In this document: positions 41,000 to 51,404 of the stretch, one piece after another
How the letters are laid out: every line of letters starts with the position of its first letter
Numbering within the stretch: the stretch's first letter is position 1
Assembly: GCA_038889075.1 (NCBI GenBank)
Contig: JAWAHS010000002.1
Location: 140,930 to 204,929, forward strand
DNA: 64,000 nt
Direction of reading: 5' to 3'
Source: Ignisphaera sp.
GTDB taxonomy: Archaea > Thermoproteota > Thermoprotei_A > Sulfolobales > Ignisphaeraceae
Translations under genes and position numbers: made by a program
Notes under the pieces: model-generated
Told to the model about the DNA's origin: nothing
The model's database searches: none
The model's input: only the letters and a program-made list of their open reading frames with translations

Positions 41000-41221
41000 A
41001 ATCTATTGAAAGATGATGGAAAATATTGTATCGAGTTACAGCTTTCAGGTTTTAGAAGTTTTAAAGAATTCCATTTAATTTGATGCACCGATAATCCGTA
41101 ATGAGATTGCAATGGCAAAGCTTATTAGAAAGGAATCATCCTTAAATACTAGTAACAAATCCCTTTAAGCAATGAGCTTTTTATACTCCACAGTGGGTAG
41201 AGAGTTTACATGTGAGAAACC

Positions 41222-41758
41222 ATGCAGCTACAAATGAAAAGTGAAGAATACCTAAACTTTCTATTATCTAGAAGAAGCATTAGGAGATTTAAACCAACAG
41301 ATGTAGACGCAAATCTCATTAAGAGAATTCTCGACGTTGCTCGGTATGCTCCTAGCGCAGGTAATAGACAGCCATGGATATTTATTGTTGTGACGGATCC
41401 TGAAGTAAAGAGTAGACTTGCCAAAATTCATAGATGGGCGTATCCGCTAGAAAATGCACCAGTTGGAATAGTAGTTGCATGCAATAGGGAAGTTTCACCG
41501 GAATCTTATCAAGTTGATTGTACGTGTGCAACCATGTATATAATGTTTGCGGCTCACGCCCTTGGACTAGGAACAGTATGGCTACAAACGCTTAGAAATA
41601 TAGAAGATGTTCAGAAAATACTAGATCTTCCAAGTAACTATATACCTGTTGCAATGCTAGCTGTAGGTTATCCGGATGAACAGCCTGTAGCAAGATCGAG
41701 AAAAGAATTGAAGGACATAGCATTTCTAAACAGATATGGAACGACCATCCAGCTGTAG
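41222..41758 (+). CDS. Nitroreductase family protein
   Basis: RRSIRRF, APSAGNRQPW.F, AHALGLGTVW, GYP. Confidence 0.92.
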   Translation: MQLQMKSEEYLNFLLSRRSIRRFKPTDVDANLIKRILDVARYAPSAGNRQPWIFIVVTDPEVKSRLAKIHRWAYPLENAPVGIVVACNREVSPESYQVDCTCATMYIMFAAHALGLGTVWLQTLRNIEDVQKILDLPSNYIPVAMLAVGYPDEQPVARSRKELKDIAFLNRYGTTIQL

Positions 41759-41914
41759 AATAGATGTAGCGGTATCCTAACTTTTTTATTACCGAATACA
41801 TAGAAAAACGGTTTTTAGGTAAATTGCTATACGGCGATCAATCGGTACGGTAATTCTTTATATAAAGATTTATATCTGGGTTAAGAATTCTACATTATGG
41901 AAAAGTGGTGAATT

Positions 41915-42805
41915 GTGCCTATAGCGATTGCTATTGCTAATTATAAGGGAGGTGTTGGAAAGACCACATTAGCTAGCGTAATAGCTGCTACATTTGCTGA
42001 ACGCTTTAGAAGAAAAACAATAATTATAGATGCGGATCCTCAATCTAATATTACTGAGGTTTTTGTCTCTTCTATAGATTTTGATAAGATTTCTTACTAT
42101 GCTAAGAATCAAGGTAAGGTTTTTTCACTAGAGTGGATTATAGGTTCAGGGGAACCGTTGATATACAGTATAACCGATAATCTTGCCATAGTCCCATCGA
42201 AACCAGAGTATATAGGACTGGCAAAATTTTTAATTGTACCGGCAGAAAGGATTCAAGGGCTTAGAAGAGAAATCGATGAAAAACTGAGAGATTTCGACTT
42301 TATAATTCTAGACCTTCCACCCCAGATGTATGGACTTATAGGACCCCTCATAAAGATAGCAGATGCCCTTATAACACCTGTAACAAAAACTAGTTTTGCC
42401 CTTACGGCACTATATTACCTAATTAGGGATATCCGGAGTATCCCACCAAATGAACAACCTCCATTCCTAGGCGCAGTGCTAACAAGGTTTAGAAGGAATG
42501 AGACAATAAATATTGAATTGTATAGGAGAAGAATTAAAAGAATAGTAGATGAGGCATATAGGTCTATGGCAATGAAATGGGAACTTGAGGGAAAGATACA
42601 CTCATATGCATTTGATAATGTATTCTATGCACATCCAAAGCTTGCGGATATAAGAGCACTACCATTTGATGAAAGTGATAATGTTAGAATGATAAGGGTT
42701 GTAAGAGGTAAGGTGAGATATTCGAGTCAAATACTGTCATTTGTAGAGCCTCTAGTATCTGAGCTTAAAGATAGAATTGAAGCAGCACTACAAGTACAAC
42801 GTTAG
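41915..42805 (+). CDS. ParA/Soj family ATPase
   Basis: Deviant Walker A NYKGGVGKTT, DADPQSN, LDLPP. Confidence 0.88.
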   Translation: MPIAIAIANYKGGVGKTTLASVIAATFAERFRRKTIIIDADPQSNITEVFVSSIDFDKISYYAKNQGKVFSLEWIIGSGEPLIYSITDNLAIVPSKPEYIGLAKFLIVPAERIQGLRREIDEKLRDFDFIILDLPPQMYGLIGPLIKIADALITPVTKTSFALTALYYLIRDIRSIPPNEQPPFLGAVLTRFRRNETINIELYRRRIKRIVDEAYRSMAMKWELEGKIHSYAFDNVFYAHPKLADIRALPFDESDNVRMIRVVRGKVRYSSQILSFVEPLVSELKDRIEAALQVQR

Positions 42806-43023
42806 CTATAGTTGTATTAGATGTATTAGATTTAGATTTAGAGAATATATTTAGCGGACCGACGTAACAGATGTAGCGTATTGCGCTCTCGCTCCTACTA
42901 AGGATGAAAACAGATGGATGTATAGCTCCACTGTTACTATATTTTCCTTTCCATTTGAAGGAAGATATCCTCAGCTATAAAGGATAAAGTTTAAAAATAG
43001 AAGGGTATATCTATTCACACTGG

Positions 43024-44040
43024 GTGATATCCATTACTAAAAAATTGATGAATAGACCTGAGGATATTGTTAGGGAAATGTTGGAGGGTATGGCACTCGC
43101 ATTTCCTGATATAATAAGATTGGATCCTCAGTGGAACAATGTTTATAGGAGGTATAGAAAACCTACTAACAAGGTTGCTCTCGTATGTGGCGGAGGAAGT
43201 GGACATGAACCAGCGCAAGCTGGCTATGTAGGTTATGGAATGCTTGATGCAGTTGCAGCTGGACATGTATTTACAGCACCTCCTGCACCACAGGTATTTG
43301 CAGCAATAAATGAGGTAGCTAATGATGCAGGGGTTTTGGTTATAGTTACGAACTATACTGGAGATGTTATGAATTTTGGTATTGCTATAAAGATGGCTAG
43401 TGCAAAGGGTATCAAAGTCGATTACATTATCGTGAACGACGACGTTGCTATTCAAGATCCACCTAGGAGGAGAGGAACAACCATCACTATTCTCATTAAT
43501 AAGATTGCAGGAGCGGCAGCTGAGGAAGGGAAAGATCTCGGTGAGGTTAAGAAGGTGGCGCAAAAAGTTCTTGATAATGGTAGGGATATAGGTGTAGCTT
43601 TAACACCATGTGTACTACCTACTACAGGAAAGCCGACATTCGAACTAGCATTAGATGAGATAGAGTTTGGTATAGGTGTACATGGAGAAGCGGGTGTAAG
43701 AAGGATAAAGTACATTCCATCGAAAGATTTAGCAAGAATGATGGTAGACGCCATAGTTGATGATCTAAAGTTGCAAAAAGGTGATGAATTAGCATTGGTT
43801 GTCCAGGGTACGGGTGGTACACCATATATGGAGAAGTTTGTATTTTATAGAGATGTGAGACTGTATGTCGAATCCCTAGGGTTTAAAGTATTTGCAAGTT
43901 GGGTTGGCGAGTTCTTCACTTCATTAGATATGCAGGGAGCGAGGGTGGCTATTTTAAGGCTTGATGAGGAATTGAAGAGGCTTCTCATGGCACCAGCATA
44001 TACAATTGCTATTAGAACTCCTGGTGTGGTTATATCGTAG
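43024..44040 (+). CDS. dhaK: Dihydroxyacetone kinase subunit K
   Basis: GGGSGHEP, NYTGDVMNF, DDVA, RRG, substrate His in GVHGEAG, TSLDM.G. Confidence 0.92.
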   Translation: MISITKKLMNRPEDIVREMLEGMALAFPDIIRLDPQWNNVYRRYRKPTNKVALVCGGGSGHEPAQAGYVGYGMLDAVAAGHVFTAPPAPQVFAAINEVANDAGVLVIVTNYTGDVMNFGIAIKMASAKGIKVDYIIVNDDVAIQDPPRRRGTTITILINKIAGAAAEEGKDLGEVKKVAQKVLDNGRDIGVALTPCVLPTTGKPTFELALDEIEFGIGVHGEAGVRRIKYIPSKDLARMMVDAIVDDLKLQKGDELALVVQGTGGTPYMEKFVFYRDVRLYVESLGFKVFASWVGEFFTSLDMQGARVAILRLDEELKRLLMAPAYTIAIRTPGVVIS

Positions 44041-44056
44041 TATAAAAGGGGTTGGT

Positions 44057-44707
44057 ATGGATAGACTGAGCTCGAGAGATATCTATAGCATTATTCTACT
44101 GGCCAAGCGATACATAGCAGAGAATAGAGAAGAGCTTTCGCGACTCGACTCTGTAATTGGGGACGGAGATTTCGGTATCAATATAAATAGAGGGTTTGAA
44201 CTTGCTATAGAAAGGCTTAGTACAATAGATCCTGATAAAACAGATATTGGAACAATATTGATGACTGTTGCAAATGCATTGCTGGAGAGTGTTGGAGGAG
44301 CTTCAGGACCACTATTTGGTGGGCTGTTCATGAATATGGCCATGACCTCTTTAGGTAAATACGAAGTGGATTTGGCAACAATAGCCAACATGTTCAATGA
44401 TGGTCTTAAAGGGGTGCGAGAAATAGGAGGGGGGACAATGCCTGGCGATAAAACACTTATTGATTCGCTGTACCCAGCTGTAGAAGCATTACAGCAAGCA
44501 GTTAGGGAAAATAGAGATATTGTAGCAGCATTTAAGGATGCATTAATAGCTGCTGAAAGAGGTGCTAAGGCAACAGCAAATATGGTTGCAAAAAGAGGTA
44601 GAGCTAGCTATCTTGGTGTGAGAAGTATAGGTCATCAAGATCCAGGAGCTACGGCAATATATCTAATAATTAAAGCATTCCATGACTATACCTCAGGTAA
44701 ACGATGA
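44057..44707 (+). CDS. dhaL: Dihydroxyacetone kinase subunit L
   Basis: LDSVIGDGDFG, GGASGPL, GDKTLID, GRASYLG.RS.GHQDPGA. Start placed at ATG 44057 after GGGG..GGT. Confidence 0.92.
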   Translation: MDRLSSRDIYSIILLAKRYIAENREELSRLDSVIGDGDFGININRGFELAIERLSTIDPDKTDIGTILMTVANALLESVGGASGPLFGGLFMNMAMTSLGKYEVDLATIANMFNDGLKGVREIGGGTMPGDKTLIDSLYPAVEALQQAVRENRDIVAAFKDALIAAERGAKATANMVAKRGRASYLGVRSIGHQDPGATAIYLIIKAFHDYTSGKR

Positions 44708-44976
44708 AGCTCCTACCTAGATCATCTTATTTGCTTAAATTTCATCACTAGAAGATATTGAATATAGATTCATCAAAATCAAAAACTTCACATTTATTGA
44801 TGAATGTTTAGCATCCTCTTCACATAAGCTTTCTCAGGAATTGTTTCAATCGTTATGTACATTGGTGCGCAGTGAGGCACCGTGAAGTTTCTAGCAATGA
44901 ATGCTAAGAGCTTTCACAATCTATCCAAAACCATACCACTGTGAAATAGATGATAAAGAGTTGGATGCAGACATGG

Positions 44977-46425
44977 TTATAGCAATAGCATCCTGTATTT
45001 GGTAATATTGTTGGTGAAGCCTAGTGCCTTAGAGAATCTGTGTATTAGATTGTATACTTCAGCTTCGTATTTCCTTCTAATATCCTCATCGCTGTAGTAC
45101 AGATTAATTAATTCATTTCTTAATCTCCTATAACCACTGCTATCTCTTATTGCTTGAAATAGATAGAAGTAGTGTCTAAATATGTCAGCTCTAGGACTCC
45201 TTTTATATAGGGGATCTTTATCTTTCTTCTCTTCGTACGCTTTTAAAAGTCTTTCAAGCTCCGGGGAATAGATACCGCTTTTGGTTTTTATTACAGAGTG
45301 TATGTGTTCAAGAACAGAGTCGTAGATTTCATCATAGATTCTTCTTGGCTTAGTTCCAGGTGCGGATTGGTGTAGGATTTCGAGTAGGAGCTGTATCAGC
45401 ACCCCAGACATTTTGTACTTTACGAAACCGCCTGTTGCCATTTTTATAACTTCCCATACTCCACTACCTTTATCAGAGTATGGATTAGCACCGCTACCGG
45501 AGTGTATGGAAATGTATATGCCCAGTGATGAGAGTACCGTATGCAGGTTTTTAACGTGTTCATAGAGTTGATTTACATCTTCAGTGTAATCCTCCCTCTT
45601 TCTAAATCCTATGTTTGGTGCTAGAAAATCTATATTGATACCTCTGTGTAATAATTCCATTGAATAGAATAGAACATCCTTTATACCGGTTTTTAATGGA
45701 AGTTCATCTAGTGCCACTTCTAGTCCAAACTCTCTTTCACTGTATTTCTTAATGATATTCAGTATCCTTTCAATGTATTCGATGCTTCTACTGTACTTCA
45801 ATGCAAGTTTAGCTACATCGATTTTGGTGAATTTAATGAATAGTATCCTATCGTCTGATACAAAGTTGAAATTTCGTAGGAATCTGTTCTCAAGCGATCT
45901 TCTGTAATCAGATTCAAACTGATTTTCATATCTATACAGAAGTTCTTCATTAGAAAGCATCTCAACTTTCGCGTCTACAAGTTCACAAGTGTCTATGGTT
46001 ACAAAATCTACGCCTCCTGCTCTAGCTACTTCTTTGAATTCCTCCTCAATATAGTTTAAAGATTCGTCTATCTCTGTTGTACTTAAACCCTCCTCTATGG
46101 CTACACCTGCTATTCTCTTTAAAGCTCTTTCAACACTACCCATAATAGATACATGGTCGGCTTCAATCTCTATAGGTATTGAAAATTCTTTGGAGAATTC
46201 TTCTGCTTTAGTTATATACTCACTGATCGAGGTACCTGTGTGTCCTAAATAGAAGTGTTTTGGATCTAGAGAGGCTATGAATCTCTGTGGTGCTGTTTCT
46301 CTATTAAATGAAAGCATTAGAGTTCCAGTAATGTTTAGTTCCTTAAAGCTTCTAAGTATGGCAGGTACAACTATTTCCGGGATTCTAATTCCAAAGGCAG
46401 GTCTAGGTATTTTACCTAAATACAT
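44977..46425 (-). CDS. uxaE: Tagaturonate/fructuronate epimerase family protein
   Basis: EADH, TID, EVALDE, LAP..GF.K..DY, SIHSGS..K; hexuronate gene context. Confidence 0.78.
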   Translation of the reverse strand: MYLGKIPRPAFGIRIPEIVVPAILRSFKELNITGTLMLSFNRETAPQRFIASLDPKHFYLGHTGTSISEYITKAEEFSKEFSIPIEIEADHVSIMGSVERALKRIAGVAIEEGLSTTEIDESLNYIEEEFKEVARAGGVDFVTIDTCELVDAKVEMLSNEELLYRYENQFESDYRRSLENRFLRNFNFVSDDRILFIKFTKIDVAKLALKYSRSIEYIERILNIIKKYSEREFGLEVALDELPLKTGIKDVLFYSMELLHRGINIDFLAPNIGFRKREDYTEDVNQLYEHVKNLHTVLSSLGIYISIHSGSGANPYSDKGSGVWEVIKMATGGFVKYKMSGVLIQLLLEILHQSAPGTKPRRIYDEIYDSVLEHIHSVIKTKSGIYSPELERLLKAYEEKKDKDPLYKRSPRADIFRHYFYLFQAIRDSSGYRRLRNELINLYYSDEDIRRKYEAEVYNLIHRFSKALGFTNNITKYRMLLL

Positions 46426-46510
46426 TTATTGATACCCATAAGGGGTAAAATTCAGCAGCTAAAAACTTTTAAGTATTTTGAAATTTGGAGAGTATAGATG
46501 GGAGATAGCC

Positions 46511-47440
46511 ATGCTATATGGCTACACTGTCAGAAGAGGGCACGAAATTGTAGCAAGATTTCCATGGGATATAGGTATCGTTGCCTTTATGATATTTCCA
46601 GATTTGACACAATTAACTAAAGACTTTAGTGAGAGATTGAAACCCTTAATTGTAGACCCATTTTTCGATTTAATTGAAATGACACCCATAGTAGATGATG
46701 TAGAGTGGAATAAAGTCGCGAAACTAAATGAGGATTACGAAAAGAGATTTGCACTAGCACTTCAGCCACTTATAATAAATAGAGGTTTAAATGTTAATGC
46801 TCTAGATGAAGTGGAAAGAAGAAAAGCAGTTGAATTCATACTCAACGAGGTTCGTAGAGCAGGTTTGAGAGGAATGAAGGCTGTAGGTCTGTGCTCAGGA
46901 CCCAATGTGGAGGGTCCTAATAGGGAAGTAGCTATGGAAGCCCTTGTCAAAAGCCTTACTGAAATTGGAAGCGAGGCCTCTAAATATGGTATGAAGGTAT
47001 TCTTAGAGACGTTCGATATCATGTGGGATAGAAAAAGACTCGTTGGACCACTATCAGAGACGGTAAAGGTCGTAGAGAAGGTAAGGGAGGCTGTTAGAGA
47101 TGTTTACATAATGTGGGATCTAAGCCATGCTCCATTATTAAATGAGGAACCCGAGGTGCTGAAATCCTATCCAGAGTTCGTAGGCCATATACACATAGGA
47201 TGTGGAAAGAAAGTTGGTGATAAACTCCTAGATACACATCCAGGCTTCTATAGACCAGGAGCTCTCAATACAGAGGTGGATGTTGTAAGACTCCTCAGAG
47301 TGCTACACGATATTGGGTATAAGGGTGCTATCAGTTTTGAAATAAAACCAGAACAGGATCAGAATCCATTTGAAGCACTGAATGCTGGAAAGGGTGTTCT
47401 GCTAAGGGCATTTCAACTATATCTAGATTCAATACTCTAG
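46511..47440 (+). CDS. Sugar phosphate isomerase/epimerase (TIM barrel)
   Basis: LE.FD, WDLSH, HIHIG, DTHP, SFE metal-ligand pattern. Confidence 0.8.
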   Translation: MLYGYTVRRGHEIVARFPWDIGIVAFMIFPDLTQLTKDFSERLKPLIVDPFFDLIEMTPIVDDVEWNKVAKLNEDYEKRFALALQPLIINRGLNVNALDEVERRKAVEFILNEVRRAGLRGMKAVGLCSGPNVEGPNREVAMEALVKSLTEIGSEASKYGMKVFLETFDIMWDRKRLVGPLSETVKVVEKVREAVRDVYIMWDLSHAPLLNEEPEVLKSYPEFVGHIHIGCGKKVGDKLLDTHPGFYRPGALNTEVDVVRLLRVLHDIGYKGAISFEIKPEQDQNPFEALNAGKGVLLRAFQLYLDSIL

Positions 47441-47510
47441 CGAATCTGTATACAGTAACTTAGCCATAACGCTTTTAAACTAAATCTCTTTTTCTTTTTG
47501 GGGATGCATC

Positions 47511-48464
47511 TTGATAAATATAGTTACTTATAGAGAATTAAAAGATGTTGAAGCATTAGAATATTCTTGTAGAATACACAATGTAGCCTTTCCTTATGAT
47601 AGCGTAGAGTGCGATATATACAAATCATTCATAGTGGATGATGAAAACTTTAATGAAGAGTTCACACTATTTGCGATTGATAAAGAGAATAGAATTAGAG
47701 GATTCTTAATAGGTGTTGAAATATCCAAGGAGCCTAGGGATGCAGTGAACAATTTTAGAGAGTATATTTGGATAAAGGATCTAGCCATAGATATAGCGCT
47801 TCCTTCTGATGAGTGGAGGAAGGTTTTCATAGGGTTACTCTCATCATTCGAGGAAATGGTAAAAAGATATGGAAAGAAGCATATTGTCCTCTATGCTTAT
47901 GCACCGTACTATTTCATGCCAGGTATCAACATACTTTACGAAGATTATGTTGAGATGTTCGAAGTCTATGGATTTAAAAAACGTGAAGATTCTGTTAACT
48001 ATGAGGTGAATCTATCAGAATTCTATTACCCAGATAGAGTTAGAAAAATCGAAAATACGTTAGTGTCTGAGGGGATACTATTTAGAAAAGGAAGGAACGG
48101 AGAAGCGCCATATGTAAGTGAATGGGTTGGTAAAACGTTTAACAACCCGTTCTGGCGTTTAGAAACCGAGTACTCCTTCAGAAGCAAACCTCCGACTATA
48201 TGGATAGCAGAACAAGGTGGTGAGTTAATAGGATTCGCAGTATACCTCCGTATGAAACGAAATGAGTTTGGACCTGTAGGAGTGGATCCGAATAGAAGAA
48301 GACATGGTGTTGGTACGGTGTTGCTATTTAAAGCGTTATATGATTTAAAGCAGCTAGGATTTAAATACGCAGTTATACCATGGACATCGCACCTATTCTT
48401 CTATACGCAGGTACCGGGGATAGCTAGAATCAAACACTATTATATAATGACCAAAACTCTGTAG
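47511..48464 (+). CDS. Tandem GNAT N-acetyltransferase
   Basis: C-terminal acetyl-CoA motif FGPVGVDPNRRRHGVG; degenerate N-terminal GNAT domain. Confidence 0.8.
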   Translation: MINIVTYRELKDVEALEYSCRIHNVAFPYDSVECDIYKSFIVDDENFNEEFTLFAIDKENRIRGFLIGVEISKEPRDAVNNFREYIWIKDLAIDIALPSDEWRKVFIGLLSSFEEMVKRYGKKHIVLYAYAPYYFMPGINILYEDYVEMFEVYGFKKREDSVNYEVNLSEFYYPDRVRKIENTLVSEGILFRKGRNGEAPYVSEWVGKTFNNPFWRLETEYSFRSKPPTIWIAEQGGELIGFAVYLRMKRNEFGPVGVDPNRRRHGVGTVLLFKALYDLKQLGFKYAVIPWTSHLFFYTQVPGIARIKHYYIMTKTL

Positions 48465-48522
48465 GTAAAATAGTGTAGACAGGTTTACAATCAGAAGTGC
48501 AGTTCCTTAGAGTAGAATGAAG

Positions 48523-49341
48523 TTAGAGCTCGTCTAGAATCTTTTTTATTATCCTAACCAACCCTGAATACGATTCCCTTGTTCCCTCCTCCTTGCTTCC
48601 AGATTGAGGTACGTAGTGTGTTTCCAGCGATAGAATAATGTCTCTATCTCTACTTATAACATCCCTTAACTGTCCCTCATAATCTATCATACCTTTGCCA
48701 ATGGGTTTAAATACAAATTTACCATTTTCTACCGATGCATCTTTTAGATGAAGGTAAAGTATCTGATCCTTGATTTTACTGTAGCCGTATGGATAGGGTG
48801 TTTCTCTAGCAAAGAATGCATTGCCGGGATCCCATAGCACCTTCACATATCTACTCTTTAATTTATCCAGAAGCATCCGAAGCTCTGTGCCTGTGCCGAT
48901 GAAGCACGAATATTCATTTTCAACTATTAAATGAACACCCTCTTCTTCGGCTAGTTCTATGGCAGGTTGAAATTTCTCTACTATTTTATCAATATACAGA
49001 TCTAGCGAACCCTGCCACCAGAATGTAAATATCCTTGTATACCCAAGGTCGAAGAATTTCGATATCTCGATTGCTCTCCTTAGTATAGATAGATGGTCCC
49101 TATACCCTCTTTCATCATCAATGTAAATCTTGAATGTAGGGGAACACACATGTGAAACCTTGATACCATATCTATCTACAAGTTTTCTCACATCACGGAG
49201 CTGACCATCAGAAAGCTCAACAATATATCTATTCCATAGTGTTCTAAGCTCAACATAGCTGGCTCCAAGCTCTTTAATAACCTTTAAAGCGTGTTCAAAA
49301 TCCTGTGAGATTTCATCAGATATTATTGATAGATTTGACAA
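48523..49341 (-). CDS. Sugar phosphate isomerase/epimerase (TIM barrel)
   Basis: ISDEI, VELR, VENE, WDPGN, HLKD, SLETH. Start placed at TTG 49341 after GGGTG, which removes the overlap with the divergent gene. Confidence 0.85.
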   Translation of the reverse strand: MSNLSIISDEISQDFEHALKVIKELGASYVELRTLWNRYIVELSDGQLRDVRKLVDRYGIKVSHVCSPTFKIYIDDERGYRDHLSILRRAIEISKFFDLGYTRIFTFWWQGSLDLYIDKIVEKFQPAIELAEEEGVHLIVENEYSCFIGTGTELRMLLDKLKSRYVKVLWDPGNAFFARETPYPYGYSKIKDQILYLHLKDASVENGKFVFKPIGKGMIDYEGQLRDVISRDRDIILSLETHYVPQSGSKEEGTRESYSGLVRIIKKILDEL

Positions 49342-49425
49342 GGGGTTGCACCCATATCGATACTCTGTAAACAGCTGTATTAAAAATTTATATATTTGAG
49401 TGATGGAATATAGCGGGGGTAGGCC

Positions 49426-50496
49426 ATGCCCCATAGGATAGGTGTAGCCGTAGTTGGTCTCGGTGCTATTGGACGTGTTCACGTTGAAGCCATTAAAGAT
49501 CTTGAGAGGTCCACGGATTACGTGAAACTTGTTGGTGTTACCTGTTTAAATCGGTCTCTTATCGATGGATTTGCATCTAGATATGGATGCAAAGGGTACT
49601 ACTCATATGACGATGTTGTTAGGGATCCAGAGGTGGATGTTGTAACAATAGCAACTCCCCATTATCTGCATGCATGGCAGGCTATGTATGCTATGGAATT
49701 TGGTAAGCATGTTATTGTAGAGAAACCTATTGCAACAACAGTAACAGCTGCAAAGGAGATGATATTAAAGGCTAGGCGTAAAGGAATTAAGCTAGGCGTA
49801 ATCTATCAGGGGAGGTATGCTGATGGTGTGAGGGAGCTTAAGAAACATCTAGATGGTGAGTCAATTGGTAAACCACTGCTGGTCATAGGTGAGATGATGT
49901 GGTTTAGAGATGAAGCGACGTATTATCTAAAGGATGAACTTGCTAGAAGTTGGAGAGGTATGTGGTCGACAGAAGGTGGAGGGGCATTAATAAATCAGGC
50001 AATACACACGATAGATTTAATGTTATGGTTTGGAGGCGAGGTTGATGAGGTAGTCGGATATATTGACAACCTTGTACACCAATCTATAGATGTTGAGGAT
50101 ATCGGTATAGGGTTGATGAAGTATAGAAGGGGAGGATACGGTGTTCTCACTGCAAATCTCTTTACAAAACCATCTACATATCAGTATAGAAAGATAAGGG
50201 TATTTGGTACAAAGGGGCAAGCTGAACTATGGGATAACGAGTTGGTTCTACTAAAGAGTGAAGAAGGTCTATCAATAGAGAGAAGTCCTGGATATTCAAC
50301 TGAAACAATAAAGGTTCCAGGTGGACTACATAGGAGATTGTTTGAGGACTTCTTTATGGCACTACTTAACGACAGAGACTTTCCAATAACAGGTGAGGAA
50401 GGGTTAAAGAGCCTTGAGATAGTTAGAGCCATATACTATTCAAGTACAAGAAAAGTGCACGTAAAACTTCCATTAGAGGTTGATGGTATTCTATGA
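49426..50496 (+). CDS. Gfo/Idh/MocA family oxidoreductase
   Basis: GLGAIG, ATPHYLH, VEKP, WRG....GGGALINQAIHTID. Confidence 0.92.
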   Translation: MPHRIGVAVVGLGAIGRVHVEAIKDLERSTDYVKLVGVTCLNRSLIDGFASRYGCKGYYSYDDVVRDPEVDVVTIATPHYLHAWQAMYAMEFGKHVIVEKPIATTVTAAKEMILKARRKGIKLGVIYQGRYADGVRELKKHLDGESIGKPLLVIGEMMWFRDEATYYLKDELARSWRGMWSTEGGGALINQAIHTIDLMLWFGGEVDEVVGYIDNLVHQSIDVEDIGIGLMKYRRGGYGVLTANLFTKPSTYQYRKIRVFGTKGQAELWDNELVLLKSEEGLSIERSPGYSTETIKVPGGLHRRLFEDFFMALLNDRDFPITGEEGLKSLEIVRAIYYSSTRKVHVKLPLEVDGIL

Positions 50497-51290
50497 AATT
50501 TACATTTACAACTCTAGCATATCCGCATCTAAAACTTGAAGAGGTTCTCGAAAGAGCTAAGATATTTGGTTTAGATGCAATCGAACTCAGAGTAGCTGAA
50601 GATGGAATACACATTAAGCCGCACTATCCTATTGATAAAACATATCTGAGGATTATAGAGGAAAGTGGTGTGAAGATAGCATCCATCGCTGGATATGCCA
50701 GATTCTCCTCTATATCTGATGAAGAGAGGAAGAGGAATGAGGATCTACTCAGAACCCTCATTTTAATGGCTGAGGAACTTGGAGCAAAGGCTGTAAGGGT
50801 GTATGCAGGTAGGTTTCCAGATGATGTGGAGAACTCAATTAGGAGAATATCTGAGAGCTTAAATAGACTGGCAGAATACTCTTATAAACACAACGTCTAC
50901 ATAGCCATAGAAACACACGATGAGCTAACAAAACTTGAGGTACTACTAAAGCTTCTCGGAAAACTCCATCCAGAGATAAAAATACTGTACGATGTAGCTA
51001 ACATGATTATGGTGGGAGAAAGACATGAGAAGGTATTTCCACACATAGCGGAGAGGATAGTGCATGTACATGTAAAGGACTTCGTTATAGTAGAGGGTAA
51101 GAGGGTCTTTGTAAGACCTGGAAGAGGTGTAGTACCCATCTGTAAAGTTCTAAATGATCTCAAATCAATAGGATACCGGGGCTACGTCTCTGTTGAGTGG
51201 GAGAAAATGTGGCATCCAGAGCTTGAGGATCCGGATACAGTAATACCGCTATACATAGATTTTATGAAGAGATGCTTAAACAATATTTAG
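50493..51290 (+). CDS. Sugar phosphate isomerase/epimerase (TIM barrel)
   Basis: IELR, IETHD, YDVAN, HVHVKD, SVEWEK.WHP; ATGA coupling to the oxidoreductase gene. Confidence 0.85.
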   Translation: MKFTFTTLAYPHLKLEEVLERAKIFGLDAIELRVAEDGIHIKPHYPIDKTYLRIIEESGVKIASIAGYARFSSISDEERKRNEDLLRTLILMAEELGAKAVRVYAGRFPDDVENSIRRISESLNRLAEYSYKHNVYIAIETHDELTKLEVLLKLLGKLHPEIKILYDVANMIMVGERHEKVFPHIAERIVHVHVKDFVIVEGKRVFVRPGRGVVPICKVLNDLKSIGYRGYVSVEWEKMWHPELEDPDTVIPLYIDFMKRCLNNI

Positions 51291-51404
51291 ATTTACTTAA
51301 TTTTGCTTACCCTTTAACCAGTTTTCCAGTACGGCTATAGATAAGTTTTTAAAGAGAGGTCACGGACTTCTTTCTCTAGCCTCAGGATGTGGTGAAATAA
51401 CTTT

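Noticed and set aside
43015-43563. 182-aa Cys-rich minus-strand ORF, and the many similar 60-170 aa antisense ORFs
   Set aside because: They lie opposite well-supported genes and show no motifs.
44693-44748. Minus-strand GTGATGA...CTGA spanning 56 nt
   Set aside because: No convincing D'/C' boxes and an AT-rich guide with no recognisable target.
49342-49482. Head-to-head overlap of ORFs 48523..49482 and 49426..50496
   Set aside because: An artefact of longest-ORF calling; the SD-supported TTG at 49341 leaves a normal divergent promoter region.
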